From Propionibacterium ruminifibrarum (GTDB lineage Bacteria; Actinomycetota; Actinomycetes; Propionibacteriales; Propionibacteriaceae): DNA of 32,000 nt. Position numbers and translations under genes: made by a program. Positions 13,407 through 22,034 of this stretch are shown here, piece after piece. Each line of letters opens with the position of its first letter. Position 1 is the stretch's first letter. The DNA lies in NCBI RefSeq assembly GCF_900289195.1, contig NZ_OMOH01000001.1, forward strand, positions 178,706 through 210,705, read 5' to 3'. The notes under the pieces are model-generated. The model was given only the letters and a program-made list of their open reading frames with translations. It was not told the origin of the DNA and searched no databases.

Positions 13407-16034
13407 TCATGGCCGCCCCGACGGGCCGTCCGCCCCCGCAGCACGGCGCGAGCGGATCATCCTGGACAGCAGTGCACGCCAGCTCACGTGGTCGGAGTCG
13501 CTGAGATAGGCGGTGGTCAGCGCCCTGCCGATCGAGGGCAGGTGGCTGTGGTCGGCGTAGACGAGGTAGAGGGGGTGGTAGTCGGGCCCGAACTTCGACT
13601 TGAAGTGGTGCAGCGAGGTGAAGCCGTAGAACGGCTCGATCGCTCCCGCGATCTGGTCGACGAAGCCTGTGACGGTCTCGGCGACCTCGTCCTCGACGGG
13701 CTCGTCCGCGCGCTCCGCCCTGGCGAGCGGCGAGCCGGACAGACTCATCACCGCGTAGCCCTCCTCCTGGAAGGTGAGCGCCGCCTGCCCGATGAGCAGC
13801 TCCATGCCGCCGCGAAAGGCACCGGGACGGCCGCTGCGGCGCATGACGTCGAGCAGCCAACCGCTCACCCGGCCGTCGGTGTGCAGCGGAAGCCAGGAGG
13901 CCACGGCGTGCACCCGCCCGGACTGGTCGACGGCGAGCTGGCAGCGCACGGCCGGGTCATCCATCTCGGGCAGGCCGCCGAGGGTGAAGCCCATGGGCGG
14001 CAGCCCCTGCTCGTCCTGCCAGCCCTCGACGACGAGGGCGATGTCATGGCGCAGTTGCGCCGAACACTGCGGCAGGGTCGTCCACTGCACGCTGATGCCC
14101 TCACGCCTGGCCCGGTTCATGGCGGTGCGGACGTCCTGGAAGCGTCTGCCCCTGAAGGTGACCTCACCGAGTTCGAGCCGGGACTCCTCGGCAACCTGCA
14201 GGACGTGCCAGCCACGGTCACGGGCCGCCCTGGCGAACTCGGAACCGACCGAGTAGAAGCAGGGAACGAGTCCCCGCCCGTCGCAGAAGGCGCTGAACCG
14301 GTCGGCCGCTCCGGCCTGGTCGGCGCTCAGTGGCTCCCCCACCGCCAGCGCGACCCCGTGCGAGGCACGGTAGGCGACGGCGGACTCCCGGCCCGGGCCG
14401 AACCAGTGGGTCACCCCGGACCAGGTGGCCATCCACGAGAGGAGACCGCCCTTGCCCTCGGTGACGAGTTCGCGGATCCGCGTCCCGTCGGCCGTGGCGC
14501 GCACCGGGTTCGACGCCATGTCGTGTCTGAGCGCGACGAGGAAGACCACCGCGGTCAGCGGCGGGATCACCGTGGTGAGGAGCTCGGTGGGCAGCGAGGT
14601 GGCGGTGAGGGCAGGCGCCATGCCGGCGAAGACCTCCAGGCCCAGTACGCGTGCGAAGGCGTCGTGGGTGAGGTCGCCGATCCGGCCGTCGGGCTGCCAC
14701 GAACCCGCCATGATCAGGCCGGCGAGGACGAAGACCGCCATGCCGGCGACGTACAGGCCGGCATAGCGGACCAGGCGGATCAGAACCTCGCGGGAGGACA
14801 GTCTGACGGTGAACAGTCCGGCGCAGAGCATCAGCATCGTGATGACCGCCACCGGTTCGAGCGCCGGGACGAGGTCGACCAGCACGCTCGCGGCACGCCC
14901 CCGGTTCTGCCGCTCCCCCGGGTCCTGGGAGCCGGCCATGCCGGTGACGATGAGCAGGACGGTCGAGGCGCCCATCACGACGCTGACGCCGAGCGCCCAG
15001 CGCCAGGCGGACCGCAGGCCGCGGAGCAGCCCCACGCAGGCCACCAGCAGGATCAGTGAGGGGAGCACCGTCGTGAGCAGGGTCCCGAACCCGGCGGCGT
15101 CGTGGAGGCGGGCCAGCGTGCATGCGTGGCGGCTCGCCAGCGCGCAGATGACGCGCACATCGGGGGAATCGAGGGAGCCGGTGCTCAGGTATCCGCCGAG
15201 CTGGCTCAGGGGGCTCTCCATGGTGGCCGACCAGGCCGACAGGAACGGGCCGATACTGGTGCAGGCGACGACGAGCGCCACGAGCAGACGCTGTTCGGAC
15301 CGTACCGGGCGGACGCCCGTGCGGTGGCGGCCGCGCCACATGAGGGCGCCGATCATGAGTCCGGCGAGCATGCAGCCGCAGGTGAGGCAGGCCGTTGAGG
15401 TCGGGTCGTACAGCATCCAGGTGACGGTGATGGCGAGTCCAGCCCAGCGCACCCGCGCGCACCACAGCCTGGACATGCCGGCCGAGACCGCCATGAGCGT
15501 GCCCATGAGAGCCGGGAGGGCTCCGCAGGTCCAGCCCTCGCGCATGGCGGCTGCCCATTCCGGCCACCAGGGGTGGATGGTCCAGGTGAGTGCGGTGACG
15601 AACAGGAAGCCCGCCAGCTGACAGGTGACCAGGACGAGGCCGTAGCGCCGGGTGCCGAGGCGCTGTTCGACGGCCGGTCCGATGACCGTCACGGCGACCA
15701 GGACGACGAGCAGCGCCGTCCACGTGCCCGGGGTGATGAGTTCCAGCCCGATCCTGCCGGGGGTGATCGTGGCGGGGTCGAGACGCAACCAGGGCCGGTG
15801 GGCGACCGGGCCGATCGAGATCGGACTGGACGGGGTCAACCAGTCCTCGATCACGGTCATCAGGAGGGAGACGAACGCCAGGGCGAGACTGGCCGGAGCG
15901 TGCCACAGCCGGGCGCACCAGCCGGCCGGTCCCGCCGCGGCAGCCGAATAGCCGACGGCGGTTCCTGGCGGCGTCGTGTCGGCTACTGCGTGCATGGCCC
16001 GATGGTAAGGAACCACGCGCCGAGAACCCGACAT
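13407..16034 (-). CDS. Aminoacyl-phosphatidylglycerol synthase-like protein (MprF/LysX-type DUF2156 C-terminal domain) with atypical N-terminal polytopic module
   Basis: 875 aa. The C-terminal ~300 aa (FYSVGSEF..., GWLLDVMRR, FYGFTSLHHFKSKFGPDYHPLYLVY) match the aaPGS/LPG-synthase domain. Multiple TM helices lie upstream. ATG 16034 or ATG 15995. Confidence 0.8.
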   Translation of the reverse strand: MSGSRRVVPYHRAMHAVADTTPPGTAVGYSAAAAGPAGWCARLWHAPASLALAFVSLLMTVIEDWLTPSSPISIGPVAHRPWLRLDPATITPGRIGLELITPGTWTALLVVLVAVTVIGPAVEQRLGTRRYGLVLVTCQLAGFLFVTALTWTIHPWWPEWAAAMREGWTCGALPALMGTLMAVSAGMSRLWCARVRWAGLAITVTWMLYDPTSTACLTCGCMLAGLMIGALMWRGRHRTGVRPVRSEQRLLVALVVACTSIGPFLSAWSATMESPLSQLGGYLSTGSLDSPDVRVICALASRHACTLARLHDAAGFGTLLTTVLPSLILLVACVGLLRGLRSAWRWALGVSVVMGASTVLLIVTGMAGSQDPGERQNRGRAASVLVDLVPALEPVAVITMLMLCAGLFTVRLSSREVLIRLVRYAGLYVAGMAVFVLAGLIMAGSWQPDGRIGDLTHDAFARVLGLEVFAGMAPALTATSLPTELLTTVIPPLTAVVFLVALRHDMASNPVRATADGTRIRELVTEGKGGLLSWMATWSGVTHWFGPGRESAVAYRASHGVALAVGEPLSADQAGAADRFSAFCDGRGLVPCFYSVGSEFARAARDRGWHVLQVAEESRLELGEVTFRGRRFQDVRTAMNRARREGISVQWTTLPQCSAQLRHDIALVVEGWQDEQGLPPMGFTLGGLPEMDDPAVRCQLAVDQSGRVHAVASWLPLHTDGRVSGWLLDVMRRSGRPGAFRGGMELLIGQAALTFQEEGYAVMSLSGSPLARAERADEPVEDEVAETVTGFVDQIAGAIEPFYGFTSLHHFKSKFGPDYHPLYLVYADHSHLPSIGRALTTAYLSDSDHVSWRALLSRMIRSRRAAGADGPSGRP

Positions 16035-16059
16035 GACGGGCCGGGCCGGCCCAGGTCGC

Positions 16060-17571
16060 TCAGGACAGCTTGGCGATGATCAACTCCCGGACGCGCCTGG
16101 CGTCGGCCCTGCCGCCCATGCGCTTCATGACGGCGCCGATGAGGGCGCCGGCGGCCTGGGTCTTGCCGCCCCGGATCTTCTCGGCGACGTCGGGGTTCGC
16201 CTCGATGGCCGCGTCGACTGCCGCCGAGAGCGCGCCCTCGTCGCTGACCACGGCCAGACCGCGCTCCTCGACGATCCGTTCCGGGGATCCCTCGCCCGCC
16301 AGGACGGCCTCCAGGACGGTGCGGGCCAGCTTGTCGTTGATCGTTCCGGCCTCGACGAGCCGCTGGACCTCGGCGACCTGGGCCGGGGCGATCGGCAGGT
16401 CCTCGAGCAGGACGCCCCGCTCGTTGGCGGCTCGTGCCAGTTCGGTGAGCCACCACTTGCGGGCCGCGGCCGGGGCGCAGCCGGCCGCCACGGTGGATTC
16501 GATGAGGTCGAGGGCACCCTCGGTGCCATTGACGTCACGCATCTCCAGGTCCGAGAAGGACCACTCGGACTGCAGGCGGGCGCGTTTGACGGCGGGCATC
16601 TCGGGTAGGCCGGCGCGCAGCTGCTCGATCCATTCGCGGCTCGGGGCGATGGGGACCAGGTCGGGTTCGGGGAAGTAGCGGTAGTCCTCGGCCTGCTCCT
16701 TGGAGCGGCCGGCGGTGGTGAACCCGCCGGCCTCGTTCCACATGCGGGTCTCCTGCTTGACGCGGCCGCCACCGGCCAGGACGGCACCCTGGCGGCAGAT
16801 CTCGTACTGCAGTGCGGCCTCGACCGAGCGCAGCGAGTTGACGTTCTTCGTCTCGGTGCGGGTGCCCAGCTCGGTGGTGCCCTTGGGCATGAGCGAGACG
16901 TTGGCGTCGCAGCGCAGCTGGCCCTGTTCCATGCGCCCCTGCGAGACGCCGAGGGCGCGCACCATGTCGCGCAGGTGCGCCATGTAGGCGCGCGCGACCT
17001 GTGGCCCCTTCGTACCGGTGCCGCGGATCGGTTTGGTGACGATCTCGACCAGGGGCACGCCGGCACGGTTGTAGTCCATCAGGGAGTGGTCGGAGCCCTG
17101 GATGCGGCCCGTCGCCCCACCGACGTGCAGGGACTTGCCGGCGTCCTCCTCCATGTGGGCCCGTTCGATCGGCACCTCGTAGCCGGTGCCGTCGACCTCG
17201 AGTTCGACCAGGCCGTCGAAGGCGATCGGCTCGTCGTACTGGCTGATCTGGTAGTTCTTCGGCATGTCCGGGTAGAAGTACTGCTTGCGGGCGAACCGGC
17301 ACCAGGGGGCGATCTCGCAGCCGAGCGACAGGCCGATGCGGATGGCTGACTCGACGGCCTTCTTGTTGACGACCGGCAGGGAGCCCGGCAGGCCGAGGCA
17401 GACCGGGCAGGTGTGGGTGTTGGGCTCCCCGCCGAACTCGGTGGAGCATCCGCACCACATCTTCGAGCGGGTACCCAGTTCGACGTGCACCTCGAGGCCG
17501 AGAACGACGTCGAACCGCTCCATCACCTCGTCGTAGTCCATGAGTTCGTCACTGCTGTACTGCACGCTCAT
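16060..17571 (-). CDS. gatB: Asp-tRNA(Asn)/Glu-tRNA(Gln) amidotransferase subunit B
   Basis: [32 protein letters not shown]...[13 protein letters not shown]... Start ATG 17571 overlaps the gatA stop (ATGA). The 74 upstream codons of the track ORF are read-through. Confidence 0.95.
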   Translation of the reverse strand: MSVQYSSDELMDYDEVMERFDVVLGLEVHVELGTRSKMWCGCSTEFGGEPNTHTCPVCLGLPGSLPVVNKKAVESAIRIGLSLGCEIAPWCRFARKQYFYPDMPKNYQISQYDEPIAFDGLVELEVDGTGYEVPIERAHMEEDAGKSLHVGGATGRIQGSDHSLMDYNRAGVPLVEIVTKPIRGTGTKGPQVARAYMAHLRDMVRALGVSQGRMEQGQLRCDANVSLMPKGTTELGTRTETKNVNSLRSVEAALQYEICRQGAVLAGGGRVKQETRMWNEAGGFTTAGRSKEQAEDYRYFPEPDLVPIAPSREWIEQLRAGLPEMPAVKRARLQSEWSFSDLEMRDVNGTEGALDLIESTVAAGCAPAAARKWWLTELARAANERGVLLEDLPIAPAQVAEVQRLVEAGTINDKLARTVLEAVLAGEGSPERIVEERGLAVVSDEGALSAAVDAAIEANPDVAEKIRGGKTQAAGALIGAVMKRMGGRADARRVRELIIAKLS

Positions 17572-19088
17572 TTCGCGGCCTCCCCACTGCCTTCGACGGG
17601 CAGGTCGGGTACCTGTCCGCACAGGTCGGCGGTCCCGGCGAGTCCCTCGAGCGCCGCGCCGACACGATAGACCCGGTCGTCGCCGAGCACGGGGGCCATC
17701 ACCTGGAAACCGACCGGCAGTCCGTCCTCGGGGGCCAGGCCGGCTGGGAACGAACCGGCGGCGACGCCGGCGAGATTCGCGGGCAGGGTGCACAGGTCGC
17801 CCGCGTACATGGCCAGCGGGTCCCCCACGCGCTCCCCCAGCTTGAAGGCGGTCGTCGGGGCGACCGGCGAGACGAGGACGTCGACCTGTTCGAAGGCGGC
17901 GGCGAAGTCACGGGCGATGAGTGTGCGCATCTTCTGGGCCGAGCCGTAGTAGGCGTCGTAGTAGCCCGCGGACAGCGCATAGGTGCCCAGGATGATGCGG
18001 CGCTTGAGCTCTGCGCCGAAACCGGCCCCGCGTGACAGCCGCATGACGGCCTCGGCCGAGTTGGTGCCGTCGTCGCCGACACGCAGCCCGTAGCGCATCG
18101 CGTCGTAGCGGGCCAGGTTGCTGCTCAGCTCACTCGGCATGATGAGGTAGTAGGTGGCCAGGGCCTGCGTGAAGTGCGGGCAGGAGACCTCGACGATCTC
18201 GGCTCCGGCCGCCCGGAGCAGTTCGACGGACTCGCCAAACCTCTGCTCGACGCCGGCCGCGTAGCCCTCACCGCCCAGCTGGGCGACGACACCGATGCGC
18301 ATGCCGGCCACGTCCGCCGAGTCCGCCGCGGCGACGACGTCGGGGACGGGCTCGTCCAGGCTCGTCGAGTCGGCGGGGTCGTGCCCGGCGATGACCGCGT
18401 GCAGGGCCGCCGCGTCGGCCACGGTGCGTGCGCAGGGGCCGGCCTGGTCGAGACTGGAGGCCATGGCGATGATGCCGAAACGGCTGACGGCGCCGTAGGT
18501 CGGTTTGACACCGACGGTGCCGGTCATTGATGCCGGCTGGCGGATCGAACCGCCCGTGTCGGTGCCGATCGCCAGCGGGGTCTCGAACGCCGCCAGTGCC
18601 GCGGCCGAGCCGCCTCCCGAACCCCCGGGGACACGATCAAGGTCCCACGGGTTGTGGGTGGGGCCGAAAGCGGACGACTCGGTCGAGGAGCCGGTGGCGA
18701 ACTCGTCCAGGTTCGTCTTGCCGAGGATCACCAGCCCGGCGTCGAGCAGGCGCTGGACGACGGTCGAGTTGTACGGCGGGACCCAGCCCTCGAGCATCCG
18801 CGAGGCCGCGGTGGTGGGGAGGCCCTCGTAGCAGAGCAGGTCCTTGACGGCGACCGGGACACCGGCCAGCGGGGACGGCAGGGGATCGCCCGCGGCGACC
18901 AGGGCGTCGATGGCGGCCGCCTGGGCCAGGGCGCGCTCACCGTCGACCGACAGGAAGGCGTGAACGGCGGGTTCGACGGCCTCGATCCGGTCGAGGAAGG
19001 CCCGGGTCGTCTCGACGCTGGTCAGCTCCCCGGTGCGGATGCGCCGACCCAGTTCGAGGGCGGTTGCGGTGCAGATGTCACGGTTCAT
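17568..19088 (-). CDS. gatA: Asp-tRNA(Asn)/Glu-tRNA(Gln) amidotransferase subunit A (amidase signature)
   Basis: 506 aa. [25 protein letters not shown] and [12 protein letters not shown] amidase-signature motifs. GAGGTG SD precedes ATG 19088. Confidence 0.95.
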   Translation of the reverse strand: MNRDICTATALELGRRIRTGELTSVETTRAFLDRIEAVEPAVHAFLSVDGERALAQAAAIDALVAAGDPLPSPLAGVPVAVKDLLCYEGLPTTAASRMLEGWVPPYNSTVVQRLLDAGLVILGKTNLDEFATGSSTESSAFGPTHNPWDLDRVPGGSGGGSAAALAAFETPLAIGTDTGGSIRQPASMTGTVGVKPTYGAVSRFGIIAMASSLDQAGPCARTVADAAALHAVIAGHDPADSTSLDEPVPDVVAAADSADVAGMRIGVVAQLGGEGYAAGVEQRFGESVELLRAAGAEIVEVSCPHFTQALATYYLIMPSELSSNLARYDAMRYGLRVGDDGTNSAEAVMRLSRGAGFGAELKRRIILGTYALSAGYYDAYYGSAQKMRTLIARDFAAAFEQVDVLVSPVAPTTAFKLGERVGDPLAMYAGDLCTLPANLAGVAAGSFPAGLAPEDGLPVGFQVMAPVLGDDRVYRVGAALEGLAGTADLCGQVPDLPVEGSGEAAK

Positions 19089-19096
19089 GGCGCACC

Positions 19097-19399
19097 TCAG
19101 CCCGCATCCGAGTCGTCGATGATGCGGGGCACGCGGAACCGCTGCTGACCCTGCGCCGGAGCCCCCCGGAGCATGGCCTCGGCGGGCCAGCTGTCCCGGC
19201 GCTCGTCGTCACGCATCACATTGGTCAGCGGCACGGCGTGGGAACTGGGTGGTATGTCCTGATCGGCGACCTGCCCCACCGAGGCGACGGCCTCGAGAAT
19301 GACATCGAGCTGGGGGGCGATCTCGGCCAGTTCGGCCGGCGTCAGCTCGATACGGGCCAGTTCCGCCAGCCTGCTGACGTCCTGCGGCGTGAGTGCCAC
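19097..19399 (-). CDS. gatC: Asp-tRNA(Asn)/Glu-tRNA(Gln) amidotransferase subunit C
   Basis: 100 aa. [21 protein letters not shown]... is typical of GatC. GTG 19399 has an AGGAG SD 9 nt upstream. Lies immediately upstream of gatA. Confidence 0.9.
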   Translation of the reverse strand: MALTPQDVSRLAELARIELTPAELAEIAPQLDVILEAVASVGQVADQDIPPSSHAVPLTNVMRDDERRDSWPAEAMLRGAPAQGQQRFRVPRIIDDSDAG

Positions 19400-19427
19400 G
19401 ATGAATGCTCCTAACGGACCCGTCGAC

Positions 19428-19446
19428 CGTCCGACGTCGTCGGACG
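19428..19446 (-). other. 19-nt palindrome in the gatC 5' region
   Basis: CGTCCGAC-GTC-GTCGGACG has 8-bp arms and lies about 30-50 nt upstream of the gatC GTG. Could be an RNA hairpin or a protein site. Confidence 0.25.
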
Positions 19447-19520
19447 CAGCCGGGGCCCTGTCCGGGGTTCATCCTAGCGGGCCGGTCCCGCCCCTCCCCG
19501 GCCATGACCGGCGTACCGAA

Positions 19521-19727
19521 TCATCCGCCCTGAAGGATCTTGTAGAAGAGCGCCATGAGAGCGCTCACGGCGGCCAGGCCGACAGTGAGGGCGGCGACGG
19601 TGAGGATCCGGACACGCTTCTTGCGCGAGGTGGTGGGCACCAGCGCGGGCCCCCACTCCCCCAGGCGGGGACGCACACGCACCGGCGTGTCGCCGGTGAG
19701 ATCCAGGTCGGAGAAGAACGAGGCCAT
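19521..19727 (-). CDS. Small membrane protein (68 aa), hypothetical
   Basis: MASFFSDLDLTGD...KKRVRILTVAALTVGLAAVSALMALFYKIL has one C-terminal TM helix. ATG 19727 carries a leaderless signature (TAGAAT-N7-ATG). Confidence 0.5.
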   Translation of the reverse strand: MASFFSDLDLTGDTPVRVRPRLGEWGPALVPTTSRKKRVRILTVAALTVGLAAVSALMALFYKILQGG

Positions 19728-19734
19728 GCCCGCG

Positions 19735-19740
19735 ATTCTA
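19735..19740 (-). promoter_or_regulatory. Candidate -10 element (TAGAAT) for a leaderless transcript starting at ATG 19727
   Basis: Minus strand reads TAGAAT-CGCGGGC-ATG. Confidence 0.4.
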
Positions 19741-19783
19741 TCCAGCCGTCCCCGGTCGCCGGTTCGCAGCGAGCCGGCCCGGG

Positions 19784-20758
19784 TCACAGGTCGGCGGCGA
19801 CCCGCACCAGGTCGCGCAGGATCTGCCACTGACCGGTGCCGGTGGCCGAGGCCAGCCCGCAGGCCGGCGTGATGGCCCAGCCGTCCAGGCGCGGCGAGCC
19901 CTCGGCGAGGTCGAGGTGGGCGCGCGCCTGCGAGAAGCGGCGGGCGATGGCCCGGGCCCCCAGGTCGTCCTCATCGGCCCCGACCAGCCCCAGCCACAGG
20001 CGGCGGGCCGGATCGGCGGAGCACCACTGGGCCAACTCGTCCCAACGGTCCCGGCCCCAGTCGCGCACGTCCAGGCTCAACGCGTCGGCGCCGGCCCCGC
20101 CGAGCACATCCAGGTGGGGGTCGTCGGCGCAGCAGTGGAGAACCACCTGGTCCCCGCCGCTCCTGGCGGTCTCGACGGATTCAGCCAGGACCCGGCGGGC
20201 CTCCTGCGCGTCGACGGGCGGCAGCCGGTGCCGTCCCGACTCGTCGGACACATCCCCGTCCAGCACCTGCGCCAGGCATGGTTCATCGATCTGGACGGCG
20301 AACGCGCGCCCGGTGAGACGCACGATCTCGTGCAGGAAGTCGCCGACGCCGACCTGCCACGACTGGGCGATGTCATGGCTGGCCCCGGCGTCACCGATTG
20401 CGCGGCCCCCTCTGGGCAGATCGATGCAGGCCGCCAGCGTGAGCGGCCCGGCCACGGTGATGGCGGGGATGCCGGACCAGCCCTGCATGGTCTCGATGAA
20501 GATCTCACGGTCATCGGCCAGCATGCGGCGGGCGCGGGCGGCGATGAGGGAGGAGCCCTGGCACAGCCGCCAGCCTGCCGGGGAGAGGTCGACGGGCATC
20601 TCGGGCAGCAGACACGCGGATCGGCCGATCATGTCGGCGCCCGGGCCGCGGGCCGGCAGCTCCGGCAGAGGGGCCCGGTGCTCCAGCTCGCCCAGGACCG
20701 CACGGCAGCAGGCCGCGTAGTCCCGCCCGGCGAAGGAACCGAGAGCCGTGGCGATCAT
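19784..20758 (-). CDS. Cobalamin-independent methionine synthase (MetE C-terminal)-like family protein, Rv3015c-type, function unknown
   Basis: About 324 aa. LPELPARGPGADMIGR, VVLHCCADDP and ITPACGLAS are reminiscent of the MetE Zn-site H-x-C and CGL motifs. ATG 20758 overlaps the mnmA stop (ATGA). Confidence 0.75.
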   Translation of the reverse strand: MIATALGSFAGRDYAACCRAVLGELEHRAPLPELPARGPGADMIGRSACLLPEMPVDLSPAGWRLCQGSSLIAARARRMLADDREIFIETMQGWSGIPAITVAGPLTLAACIDLPRGGRAIGDAGASHDIAQSWQVGVGDFLHEIVRLTGRAFAVQIDEPCLAQVLDGDVSDESGRHRLPPVDAQEARRVLAESVETARSGGDQVVLHCCADDPHLDVLGGAGADALSLDVRDWGRDRWDELAQWCSADPARRLWLGLVGADEDDLGARAIARRFSQARAHLDLAEGSPRLDGWAITPACGLASATGTGQWQILRDLVRVAADL

Positions 20759-21840
20759 GCCCGCACCGCCCCGGCGGTGTGGGGCCAGGGGTCGCCGGGG
20801 CGGTGGGTGGCGGTGATCTCGGCGCAGCCGAGAACCCTGTCCTGGTCGTAGAAGACGATGAACTGGCCCGGCGCCACCGAGGCGACCGGCTCGTCGAAGA
20901 CGACGCGTACCCGGTCCCCCTCGTGCCGGACCGTGGCCGGGAACGCCGCGCCGTGAGCCCGGAACTGGGCCGTGCCATGCCACCCATCGGGCAGGGCGGG
21001 GCCGGTCAGCCGCAGCCGACCGGCGAGCAGCTGGTCGACGAGCAGCGCCGCGCCCTGGCCGACGCGCACGGTGTTCGTCACGGCGTCAAGACCCGTGACA
21101 TAACGCGGCCTGCCATCGGCCGCCGGACGGTCGAGCCCCAGCCCCTTGCGCTGCCCGATCGTGAAGTGGTGGATGCCCCTGTGCCGGCCGATGACCACGC
21201 CGTTCTCGTCCACGATGTCGCCCGGCCGGTCGGGCAGGTGCCCGGCCAAGAACTCGCCGGCCCCGCCGGCCGAGATGAAGCAGATGTCGGTGGAGTCGGG
21301 CTTCGCGGCCACCGGCAGCCCGAGACGGCCCGCCAGGGCACGCACCTCGTCCTTGCCGGCGATGTCGCCGAGGGGGAACATGAGCCGGTCCAGGTCATCG
21401 GGGCCCAGCACCGCCAGCACGTAGGACTGGTCCTTGCGCCGGTCCGCGGCCCGACGAAGCTCGGCCCGGCCCTGCGGGGACCGGGTGATCCGGGCGTAGT
21501 GGCCCGTGGCGACGGCGTCGAACCCCTCGGCGCGGCTCCGGGCCAGCAGCCCGCCGAACTTCACGGTGCGGTTGCAGCGCAGGCACGGGTTGGGGGTCAG
21601 CCCATGGCGGTAGGAGTCGACGAAGTAGTCGATGACCTGCCCGTTGAAGGGTTCCCGCAGGTCCCAGACCGCCAGCTCCATGCCGAGTTGATCGGCGACC
21701 CGCCGGGCGTCAGCGGTCTCCGGCACCGAGGCCGTCCCCATGAGGAGATGGACACCGACGACGTCGTGGCCCTGCGCTTGGACGAGGGCCGCGGAGACGG
21801 CCGAGTCGACGCCGCCGGACATGGCCACCGCAACACGCAT
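20755..21840 (-). CDS. mnmA: tRNA 2-thiouridine(34) synthase
   Basis: MRVAVAMSGGVDSAV PP-loop, NPCLRCN catalytic Cys, KDQSY and CFI motifs. ATG 21840 has an AGGAG SD 8 nt upstream. Confidence 0.93.
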   Translation of the reverse strand: MRVAVAMSGGVDSAVSAALVQAQGHDVVGVHLLMGTASVPETADARRVADQLGMELAVWDLREPFNGQVIDYFVDSYRHGLTPNPCLRCNRTVKFGGLLARSRAEGFDAVATGHYARITRSPQGRAELRRAADRRKDQSYVLAVLGPDDLDRLMFPLGDIAGKDEVRALAGRLGLPVAAKPDSTDICFISAGGAGEFLAGHLPDRPGDIVDENGVVIGRHRGIHHFTIGQRKGLGLDRPAADGRPRYVTGLDAVTNTVRVGQGAALLVDQLLAGRLRLTGPALPDGWHGTAQFRAHGAAFPATVRHEGDRVRVVFDEPVASVAPGQFIVFYDQDRVLGCAEITATHRPGDPWPHTAGAVRA

Positions 21841-22034
21841 TGGCAGGCTCCTGGTGGAGGGGAATCGGATGGGGAGGGTTCGCCGCTCGCGCAACGACAC
21901 GCACCTCTTGGCACATTCACATTCTAAGGGCGTCAGCGGATAAACTCTCATCCTCATGTCAGCGGCCCGCGCGCCTCCCCGGTGAGACATCTGGGCCGTC
22001 CGAAGAGCCGTCTCAGCCGGAAAGAGCAGTGAAG

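Noticed and set aside
12968-13509. Overlapping plus-strand ORFs (178 and 190 aa) crossing the MFS 3' end and the aaPGS 3' end
   Set aside because: They are alternate frames of the MFS gene that run into antisense of the aaPGS gene. Their composition is Arg/Pro/Gly-rich, with no start signal.
14218-15918. 566-aa same-strand alternate frame within the aaPGS gene, and 27071-28153 / 28316-29416 alternate frames within glgE
   Set aside because: Their translations are Arg/Pro/Gly-rich nonsense, whereas the chosen frames carry family motifs and G/C-ending codons.
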